Assembly: GCA_963735995.1 (NCBI GenBank)
Contig: CAVTNC010000003.1
Coordinates: 1,601,696 to 1,665,695, forward strand
Reading direction: 5' to 3'
Length of the DNA stretch: 64,000 bases
Origin: an uncultured Gammaproteobacteria bacterium
GTDB taxonomy: Bacteria; Pseudomonadota; Gammaproteobacteria; DSM-16500
This document shows positions 1 through 6,964 of the stretch, in pieces. Positions within the stretch are counted from its first letter, which is position 1. Each line of letters begins with the position of its first letter. The translations under genes and the position numbers were made by a program. The notes beneath the pieces are model-generated. The model saw only the letters and a list, made by a program, of their open reading frames with translations, did not search any database and was not told the origin of the DNA.

Positions 1-721
1 CATTCAAATGTTGCGGAAGGTCGGGATAGATCGTGAGCTCAATCGCAAGCATTGGTTGCTGAATATTTTCTTGCAGCGTGCGGTAAAAACGTTGCACGGT
101 ATGCATTTCTTTGAGCGGATACCAAATCGCATAAATGCCTGTTTGAAAACGTTTGAGTGCTATTGGCAGCGCGTGGGCAATGCGGTTAAATTCATCGGGA
201 TTTTCGTAAGGCGGATCAATCAATATCAAACCGCGACGTTGATCCGGTGGCAAATGCGCTTTCAAACCGAGGAAGCCATCCATGTGGTGCACGGCGACTT
301 GTTTATCACCGGCAAATGAGGCGCGCAATGTTTCATAGTCATTGCGCTGCAACTCGGAGACGATCATGCGATCATGCGGTCGCAGCATCGTGCGTGCAAT
401 CATCGGTGAACCGGGATAATAACGTAACGACGAAAACTGCGTGTGCGTCAGTTGATTATTAATGCGATGCACAATATCCAAATACCGTTTGATAAGTTCA
501 GGCGGTGATTCTTGCTGAATAATTTTTTCAATACCGGTTTCATACTCGCGCGTTTTTTTGGCAAATTCTGAAAATAAATCATAATTGCCAATGCCCGCAT
601 GGGTGTCGATATAACAAAAAGGCGTTGTTTTGCGCGAGAGTGCATTTAATAGTGCAATTAAAATAATGTGTTTGACCACATCGGTAAAACTGCCTGCATG
701 ATAAATGTGACGGTAATTCAT
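1..721 (-). CDS. rlmJ: 23S rRNA m6A2030 methyltransferase RlmJ, 3' end runs off the window
   Basis: Not in the ORF track. Manual translation from ATG at 721: MNYRHIYHAGSFTDVVKH...YIDTHAGIGNY...YYPGSP...LILIDPPYE...GIYAIWYPLK, the RlmJ motif set. Confidence 0.95.
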   Translation of the reverse strand, partial: MNYRHIYHAGSFTDVVKHIILIALLNALSRKTTPFCYIDTHAGIGNYDLFSEFAKKTREYETGIEKIIQQESPPELIKRYLDIVHRINNQLTHTQFSSLRYYPGSPMIARTMLRPHDRMIVSELQRNDYETLRASFAGDKQVAVHHMDGFLGLKAHLPPDQRRGLILIDPPYENPDEFNRIAHALPIALKRFQTGIYAIWYPLKEMHTVQRFYRTLQENIQQPMLAIELTIYPDLPQHLN

Positions 722-724
722 AAT

Positions 725-1540
725 CTAATCCCACAAGGGATAATGTTCTAAAATAATATCGTCGCCAAAAAATAATTTTGCATTGCTGGCGAAAGAATCA
801 GTGTAATCGGATAAATAAAAATGCGTGTTAGCACGGCCATCTTTATTCAACAAATTATTTTCCACCAATTGTTTTTTCACGGCTTGCGCGACAATTTCGG
901 ATGAATCAATAATGGATATCGGTGTTTGATAATGCTTTAAAATGCGCTCTTTAATGACAGGATAATGGGTGCATGCCAACACCAGCGCATCAATATTTTG
1001 CAAATGAGGGTGACTCAAGTATTCGGCGAGTAGTGCATCAATGAGTGGATGATTGCCAAATTCTTCTATCGCAGCAGCCAGTAAATTGGTGGCGTGTGCA
1101 GATAAAGTAATGCTGAGATTTAAGTCATCAATTTTTTTTTGATAAATATTTGAATTCACCGTTTGTCGGGTGCCTATCAATCCTATGTGTTTATCTTGAT
1201 AATTTTCTTTGAGCAATTGTATGGTCGGATCTATCACATTCATCACGATGGCTTTGCTCGCAACATATTCTTTCACTAAATCGTAAGCGGCAGCGGAAGC
1301 AGAATTACAGGCAATTAAAATCAATTTGCAACCTTGACGCAATAACATATGCGAAATTTTTATCGCATAAGCTTGTATGGCGGCTGTGGATTTTTCACCA
1401 TAGGGCATGTGTGCGGTATCACCGAAATAAATAATATTTTCGTCTGGCAAGCAAGTCAGCAGCGCTTTTGCCACGGTTAAGCCACCGATGCCACTATCGA
1501 ACAAACCGATGGGCTGTGAGGGTAGATGATTTGGGTTCAT
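725..1540 (-). CDS. murI: Glutamate racemase
   Basis: FDSGIGGLTV, IACNSAS and LACTHYP motifs with both catalytic Cys. Confidence 0.97.
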   Translation of the reverse strand: MNPNHLPSQPIGLFDSGIGGLTVAKALLTCLPDENIIYFGDTAHMPYGEKSTAAIQAYAIKISHMLLRQGCKLILIACNSASAAAYDLVKEYVASKAIVMNVIDPTIQLLKENYQDKHIGLIGTRQTVNSNIYQKKIDDLNLSITLSAHATNLLAAAIEEFGNHPLIDALLAEYLSHPHLQNIDALVLACTHYPVIKERILKHYQTPISIIDSSEIVAQAVKKQLVENNLLNKDGRANTHFYLSDYTDSFASNAKLFFGDDIILEHYPLWD

Positions 1541-1593
1541 GGGAAATTATCTTACGTTAAAGTGGTGGGTGCCACAATGGAGAGCTTGCTGGC

Positions 1594-1626
1594 TTTAAGT
1601 TTTCGTTAAGCTCTATCTGTTATATT
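1594..1626 (+). promoter_or_regulatory. Candidate PmrA-type tandem box plus -10 element
   Basis: tTTAAgttT-tc-gTTAAgctc (TTAA at 1595 and 1606, 11-bp period), 7 nt, then TATATT at 1621; resembles the recalled Legionella/Coxiella PmrA consensus cTTAA-N2-TT-N2-cTTAA. Confidence 0.4.
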
Positions 1627-1647
1627 ACCCAAAAACGAGGATAGATT

Positions 1648-2925
1648 ATGTTACGTGATGAAGCTGAAGCAGAAGAAGAAATAATTATATTAAATTTGTA
1701 CGATGTCGATGGCTCGGCGTATCACTCCCAAGAGTGGGGTAGTAAGGGAGTTGATGTTGAACAGTGGCTGATTGATACAAATCCCAATTTATTGCGCGAC
1801 AATAAAGAAGAAATAAAAAGAGTTAAGCCTAAAAAAGTCATTGTTGCCCTTGGTACCAATAGACAGTGTTATGAAACGGATGCTCTTAGCCATGATCGTG
1901 GTGGCTCATGCATGCCTCTTTTGCCTATCCTGCAAAGTTATTTGGCCAGTCAAGTTGAGACCGAAGTGGTCTTAGAGCCTTTTATGATGGCGGATATTTA
2001 TGGCAGCAATTTGGCAGCAGGCCAAAGTTATGCAGCTGCTTTGAGAAAATTATATGGTGATTCTAAAAATGAAGAACATGCGCGTTGGGTGTTTGATCAC
2101 ACAAAAGTTTCACTCATTTATGCACATGCCCATAGAGTGGCGGCATTACACCCTCATGCAAACATTATCATCAATTTTTTTGATGACAAGATTTTGGAAG
2201 AAATTCACGATTTTTACCGACAATGCCCTGATTTATTACCTAATAATGTGACATTACGTATACATAAATATAAGGGTGCAGAAGTCAAAAAATATAAAGA
2301 AAATATAAAAGGTCAAGGCAGCATCGATACTCACTGGCATTGGAGTGTGCGATTGATGTCAGTCATGACTTATTATTTTAGTTGGTCCACAACAGCAGGA
2401 AAAGATCGTGAAATCAACTCTGTTGAGGCGCTTCATCAATATCATGAGGGCTATCGTTATAATCATGACAATCGAGAAATGGCGATGGGTGTTTCAATTG
2501 ATAAAGGTAATTCTTGTAACCAAGGTTTTGATGATAAACGATTCAAAAGACTACGCGCGGATATTCCTGAAAGACTCAGTGCGAATGATCAGTTAACCAA
2601 GATACCTTGTTACACAACAGCTCAGGCGTTATGCAAAGAAGGTTTGATACCCAAAAAATTTGTTCTCAATGCGCAACAAAATGATGATGTTGCTGCTGCT
2701 GCAGTCGCTTCGAGTTCTGTCGACGAGAAACATGCGGTAGAACTTCAACCAATGCGTCCTAGTGGCTCTTCCCAAAAGGGCTTGTTTGCTGAAAACAAAA
2801 AACTTGCTGAAGCAGCACAGCGACGAGAGGAAGAAGATGAAAGAGTGCTTAGCGAGCAAAGTGGGAAGCTATTCGGCATAGTATCTCGATGGATTGGTAG
2901 CTATTCGCGTGGGAGTAATGGTTGA
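1648..2925 (+). CDS. Hypothetical protein with HAD-like motifs, candidate Dot/Icm effector
   Basis: 425-aa ORF, RBS GAGGA; N-terminal LYDVDG and later INFFDD; C-terminal low-complexity and E-rich tail (RREEEDER). Confidence 0.6.
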   Translation: MLRDEAEAEEEIIILNLYDVDGSAYHSQEWGSKGVDVEQWLIDTNPNLLRDNKEEIKRVKPKKVIVALGTNRQCYETDALSHDRGGSCMPLLPILQSYLASQVETEVVLEPFMMADIYGSNLAAGQSYAAALRKLYGDSKNEEHARWVFDHTKVSLIYAHAHRVAALHPHANIIINFFDDKILEEIHDFYRQCPDLLPNNVTLRIHKYKGAEVKKYKENIKGQGSIDTHWHWSVRLMSVMTYYFSWSTTAGKDREINSVEALHQYHEGYRYNHDNREMAMGVSIDKGNSCNQGFDDKRFKRLRADIPERLSANDQLTKIPCYTTAQALCKEGLIPKKFVLNAQQNDDVAAAAVASSSVDEKHAVELQPMRPSGSSQKGLFAENKKLAEAAQRREEEDERVLSEQSGKLFGIVSRWIGSYSRGSNG

Positions 2926-3094
2926 AACAAAAACGGGATGCCGCGGGACTATGGAGTTGGCAACGAAGATCATGAAAATTCAGCAATTTTTTTTCAGACA
3001 GACTCTCGGTAGTTACTTTTGCGGATTGAATAGCGCTATACTAAAATAGTCGTTTTCAAATTTTTTTACTTAAGTAAACAAAAGGAGTTGCGTA

Positions 3095-3208
3095 ATGAAG
3101 AAATTAACCGGAGTCGTATTGGCGATGGTGTTGATGGGCGCTTTCTTAAGTGGTTGCTATACTCACACCTGCGAACCTGTTTCATACAAAGGTGAAATGA
3201 CACACTAA
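3095..3208 (+). CDS. Small lipoprotein (37 aa), below ORF-track cutoff
   Basis: AAGGAG RBS at about 3082; MKKLTGVVLAMVLMGAFLSGC-YTHTCEPVSYKGEMTH; lipobox LSGC; followed by a terminator. Confidence 0.85.
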   Translation: MKKLTGVVLAMVLMGAFLSGCYTHTCEPVSYKGEMTH

Positions 3209-3227
3209 GGATTGTTCTCATGAGAAA

Positions 3228-3256
3228 AAAAAGGGCATCACTTCGATGCCCTTTTT
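3228..3256. terminator. Bidirectional intrinsic terminator
   Basis: AAAAAGGGCATC-acttc-GATGCCCTTTTT between the convergent small lipoprotein gene and dapB. Confidence 0.85.
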
Positions 3257-3260
3257 GCAT

Positions 3261-3530
3261 TGTCATGCCAGCGAAGGTGGAGAAGTGTGTGTCCATGCCA
3301 GCGAAGGTGGAGAAGTGTGTGTCATGCCAGCGAAGGTGGAGAAGTGTGTGTCATGCCAGCGAAGGTGGAGAAGTGTGTGTCATGCCAGCGAAGGCTGGCA
3401 TCCAGGAATTCACTAAAAAGCCTGGATGCCAGCCTTCGCTGGCATGACAATGTTGCTTCTCTTCGCTGGCATGACAATGTTGCTTCTCTTCGCTGGCATG
3501 ACAACGTTGCTTCTCTTCGCTGGCATGACA
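3261..3530. repeat. Family-1 72-bp palindrome (3378-3449) with 4 x 29-bp left and 3 x 27-bp right half-arm tandem units
   Basis: Arms TGTCATGCCAGCGAAGGCTGGCATCCAGG and reverse complement, 14-nt loop. Left unit TGTCATGCCAGCGAAGG+TGGAGAAGTGTG (second copy has an extra C). Right unit AYGTTGCTTCT+CTTCGCTGGCATGACA. Confidence 0.95.
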
Positions 3531-3544
3531 ACAGTGACTTAATC

Positions 3545-4273
3545 TCACACAATTTCTTCCAATCCATAAATCAACGACTCCAATTGCACTGCTTTTTTGC
3601 AAGCAAAGGCAATGCCTGGCATGAAACAATCGCGATCTATGCTGTCATGGCGCAAGGTGAGGGTTTCACCTGGATTACCAAAAATAATTTGTTGATGTGC
3701 TAAAAGGCCTGGCAAGCGGATGGCATGGATGTGTATGCCTTGATAATCAGCACCTCGTGCACCCGGCACCGTTTCTTTGCAAGGTTTTGTGGGCGGCAGC
3801 GTGATGGTTTGCGCGATCATCTCAGCCGAGCGAAGTGCTGTGCCAGAAGGACTGTCAGCTTTCTCATCGTGATGCATTTCGATGATTTCAACGTGTGGCA
3901 TATACTTGGCAATTTCTCTGGCATATTTCATCATGAGGACTGCGCCTAACGAAAAATTAGGCACAATAATGCCGCCTAATTTTAATTTGGCAGCTGTTTC
4001 CTGCAAGATGTTGATTTGCTCTTTGGTGAGGCCCGATGTGCCAATGACTGGATGCGCGCCCGCTTCCAATATGGTGGCTGTGTTTTCAAAAACACTTTCG
4101 GGACGAGTGAAATCAATCACCACATCGGCATGACTGTCGAGTATCGATTTTTTCAAATCATATTCACGACCGGTTTGACCAACCAATTTCAACTCTGGGT
4201 AAGCCGCCAATCCTTTCACTGTCATCTGACCCATGCGACCAAAGGCGCCATTGACGAGGATGTTGAGAGACAT
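3545..4273 (-). CDS. dapB: 4-hydroxy-tetrahydrodipicolinate reductase
   Basis: Start reassigned to MSLNILVNGAFGRMG (RBS AAGGAG); DFTRPE, VIGTSG, PNFSLG, EMHHDEKADSPSGTA motifs. Confidence 0.97.
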   Translation of the reverse strand: MSLNILVNGAFGRMGQMTVKGLAAYPELKLVGQTGREYDLKKSILDSHADVVIDFTRPESVFENTATILEAGAHPVIGTSGLTKEQINILQETAAKLKLGGIIVPNFSLGAVLMMKYAREIAKYMPHVEIIEMHHDEKADSPSGTALRSAEMIAQTITLPPTKPCKETVPGARGADYQGIHIHAIRLPGLLAHQQIIFGNPGETLTLRHDSIDRDCFMPGIAFACKKAVQLESLIYGLEEIV

Positions 4274-4404
4274 GCGGGTGCTCCTTACTTTTATTTCTTC
4301 GCATCTTAACAAGTGGCCGCCATCATTGCGAGCATGCGCTGCACAATCGAGCAGTGTGTGACAGCGAATAGTGTGTACAATGCGTAACAAAGGTGGCGCA
4401 GCGA

Positions 4405-4445
4405 GTAACAAACGCGTAACAAACGCGTAACAAACGCGTAACAAA
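4405..4445. repeat. 11-bp tandem repeat GTAACAAACGC x3.7
   Basis: Direct units at 4405, 4416, 4427 and partial at 4438. Confidence 0.9.
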
Positions 4446-4459
4446 ACTGTAAATAAACC

Positions 4460-4612
4460 TGTCATGCCAGCGAAGGCTGGCATCCAGGCTTTTTAGTGAA
4501 TCCCTGGATGCCAGCCTTCGCTGGCATGACAACGTTACCTCTCTTCGCTGGCATGACAACGTTACCTCTCTTCGCTGGCATGACAACGTTACCTCTCTTC
4601 GCTGGCATGACA
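4460..4612. repeat. Family-1 72-bp palindrome (4460-4531) plus 3 x 27-bp half-arm units
   Basis: Same 29-bp arms; loop CTTTTTAGTGAATC; unit ACGTTACCTCT+CTTCGCTGGCATGACA at 4532, 4559, 4586. Confidence 0.95.
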
Positions 4613-4625
4613 TTCTCATGACATT

Positions 4626-5417
4626 TTACGGCTGCCTTCTGTGTCGATACATGCTTTGCTCCGGATACCAGAATATCCTGCCATTTTTTTCTTGCTTAAC
4701 GATAGGGTGCTCATACAGTCGCGATAAATTTTCGACGGTGAGGATGTCATGCGTGCCTTGTTGCGGCGCATCATTTAACAGTAATAAAAAATGATTGCAG
4801 TATTGTTGTGCGAGATTAATGTCATGCAATGTCATCACGATGCTGGCTTTTTTATTTTGAGCAAGACACATCAATTCGTTTAGCACTTGCATTTGGTGGC
4901 GCACATCCAAATGATTGGTCGGTTCATCGAGCAAGTAAATAGCAGGTTGTTGTGCGAGTAATGTGGCAATTGCCACGCGTCTTTTTTCGCCACCGGAGAG
5001 TTCTGTGATGCAGCGAGTTTGTAAATGGTCGACTGACATCGTTTGCAAAGCGCTGAGCACAATGTCTCGGTCCGCGCATTTTTCTTTTGCAAAATAACCA
5101 CGATGAGGATAGCGTCCTGCCAGACAATAATCAAAGACAGTTTGCGAAAAAGTCACGGTGTTTTCTTGAAATAACACGCCCAGCTGTTGCGCAATTTTTT
5201 TTGCGGTGAGTTGGTGTAAAGTGTTTTCACCCAAGCAAATCGTGCCATGACGTTGTGGTAATAATCCAGCGAGTGCATGCAACAAAGTTGTTTTCCCACT
5301 GCCATTTGGTCCGAGTATCGCCCAGCGCTCGCCGGGTTGTATGGTCCAATCAAGGTGCTGATAAAAAATGCGCTCACCTCGGCTTAACTGTAAACCTTGC
5401 ACCGATAACAGCGTCAT
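4626..5417 (-). CDS. ABC transporter ATP-binding subunit, iron-siderophore/cobalamin (FecE/BtuD-like)
   Basis: GPNGSGKT, LSGGE, LLDEPTNHLD, H-loop TLHD; ATGA overlap with the permease stop. Confidence 0.9.
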   Translation of the reverse strand: MTLLSVQGLQLSRGERIFYQHLDWTIQPGERWAILGPNGSGKTTLLHALAGLLPQRHGTICLGENTLHQLTAKKIAQQLGVLFQENTVTFSQTVFDYCLAGRYPHRGYFAKEKCADRDIVLSALQTMSVDHLQTRCITELSGGEKRRVAIATLLAQQPAIYLLDEPTNHLDVRHQMQVLNELMCLAQNKKASIVMTLHDINLAQQYCNHFLLLLNDAPQQGTHDILTVENLSRLYEHPIVKQEKNGRIFWYPEQSMYRHRRQP

Positions 5418-6358
5418 TTTTGTATCATCCACACAAAAACGGGCACGCCAATCAAGGCTAAGACGATGCCAACAGGCAGTTGCAAGGGTGCAAAAAGTGT
5501 GCGAGCGCAGGTATCGGTGAGCGTTAATAAACTACCGCCTAAAAATAACGTGACAGGTAACATCAAGCGATGATCATAGCCCACTAAACGCCGACTAAGA
5601 TGAGGCACAATGAGGCCAACAAAACCGATGCAACCGGCGAGTGTCACCGCAGTTGCTGTCAATAAAGCGCTCAACAAATAAAGCATGAGACGATAAGGGG
5701 ATGGCGATAACCCCAGCGCGCGTGCTTCTTTTTCACCGCGACCGAGGAGATTTAATCCCGGTGCCAGCAAGTGACAACTGAGCGCACCACAGCATAAAAT
5801 CAGCAAACCTAGCCATGGGTAGGTTGCATCGCTGAGATCGCCGCTCAGCCAAAATAACATGCTGCGTAAGTGAGCATCTGGACTTAACAATAAAATAAAA
5901 CTGATGCAGGCCGAAAAACCACAGGCAAGCGCAATGCCACAGAGTAAAAGCGTATGCGTTTGCCAACGATGCTTACGCGCCAGCAGCAAAATAAACAAAA
6001 TACTGATGAGACTGCCGACAAATGCAGCGCCCATCAAGTGCGCTTCTTCCATGCCAAGTGCCATCAGCAGCAAGGTCATCAATGCGCTACCACCGGAAAT
6101 GCCAAGGATGTATGGGTCAGCGAGCGGATTTTGTAGCAGCAATTGCATCAAGGCGCCAGCCAGTGCTAAGAGTGCGCCACTGACAAAGGCGGTTAGTGTT
6201 CTTGGCAATCTTAGTTGCAACAAAATGTCACGGAATTCGCTGTGATGCAGCCATAATGCCGGATTAATGGGCGTTTCTGTGCTGCCGTTTACGCAGGAAA
6301 AGAAGAGGCTGAATGCGCTTACACCCACGACCAGCAGGATAATGGATACCCGCTTCAT
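5414..6358 (-). CDS. ABC transporter permease, FecCD/BtuC family
   Basis: LRLPR, QNPLADPYILGISGG, ARALG, GCIGFVGLIVPH, PVGIVLALIG motifs. Confidence 0.92.
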   Translation of the reverse strand: MKRVSIILLVVGVSAFSLFFSCVNGSTETPINPALWLHHSEFRDILLQLRLPRTLTAFVSGALLALAGALMQLLLQNPLADPYILGISGGSALMTLLLMALGMEEAHLMGAAFVGSLISILFILLLARKHRWQTHTLLLCGIALACGFSACISFILLLSPDAHLRSMLFWLSGDLSDATYPWLGLLILCCGALSCHLLAPGLNLLGRGEKEARALGLSPSPYRLMLYLLSALLTATAVTLAGCIGFVGLIVPHLSRRLVGYDHRLMLPVTLFLGGSLLTLTDTCARTLFAPLQLPVGIVLALIGVPVFVWMIQK

Positions 6359-6452
6359 AAAAAGATATTTAATTGCATAATCATTTGCTCAAGAAGTGAT
6401 ATTTTGGAACAATGCTCGATAACGTAAACGCTGCAATTATAGGTGACAAACA

Positions 6453-6950
6453 GTGATTGATAAAGCAGGTTACAGATTCGGAGTGGGCATTATTTTGGTG
6501 AATCATCGGCAACAAGTTTTTTTTGCCAAACGCATTGGCATGGTTGCTTGGCAATTTCCCCAGGGTGGGATGAAAGAACATGAAACGCCTGAGCAAACGA
6601 TGTATCGTGAGCTCAAGGAAGAAGTGGGCTTAAATCCGGAAGATGTTGAAATACTCGCGAGCAGTCGACGCTGGCTGCGTTACCGATTACCATCGCGTTT
6701 GGTGCGCCATTATGCAAAGCCTTTATGCATAGGCCAAAAACAGAAATGGTTTTTGCTGCGTTTAAGCAATCAAGACGCCAAGATAGATTTGCAGGCAAAT
6801 CTAGATCCTGAATTTGATTCATGGGCGTGGGTTTCTTACTGGTATCCGCTGCGTCAAGTGGTGACTTTTAAACGACGGGTTTATGTCATGGCTTTAAAAG
6901 AATTTGCCAAAGTGGTGTTGTCAAAAAATTTTCGGGAAGTGAAGGAGTAA
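6453..6950 (+). CDS. rppH: RNA pyrophosphohydrolase (Nudix)
   Basis: WQFPQGG...RELKEEVGL Nudix box, [14 protein letters not shown]; upstream of ptsP. Confidence 0.97.
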   Translation: MIDKAGYRFGVGIILVNHRQQVFFAKRIGMVAWQFPQGGMKEHETPEQTMYRELKEEVGLNPEDVEILASSRRWLRYRLPSRLVRHYAKPLCIGQKQKWFLLRLSNQDAKIDLQANLDPEFDSWAWVSYWYPLRQVVTFKRRVYVMALKEFAKVVLSKNFREVKE

Positions 6951-6964
6951 TCATAGGTAACGGC

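Noticed and set aside
8..319. 103-aa plus-strand ORF
   Set aside because: Antisense shadow of rlmJ, which the track missed because it is truncated by the window edge.
3220..3703. ORFs with SLRWHDNVA, CQRRWRSV or CHASEG repeats (also 4323-4619, 25452-25685, 28424-28612)
   Set aside because: Translations of the palindromic repeats on both strands, with no RBS support.
4274..4483. In-frame repeat-derived N-terminal extension of DapB (likewise 28383-28640 for the TM protein), as with Rickettsia coding palindromic elements
   Set aside because: Strong Shine-Dalgarno sites precede the downstream ATGs and homology starts there; open frames through these repeats are common by chance.
3261..4612. CRISPR array interpretation of the 27/29-bp tandem units
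   Set aside because: Linkers are identical within each array and only 11-12 bp; repeats are halves of a dispersed palindrome; no cas genes in the window.
6359..6452. Cobalamin riboswitch upstream of the ABC permease
   Set aside because: Only about 95 bp shared with the divergent rppH promoter, and no B12-box recognised.
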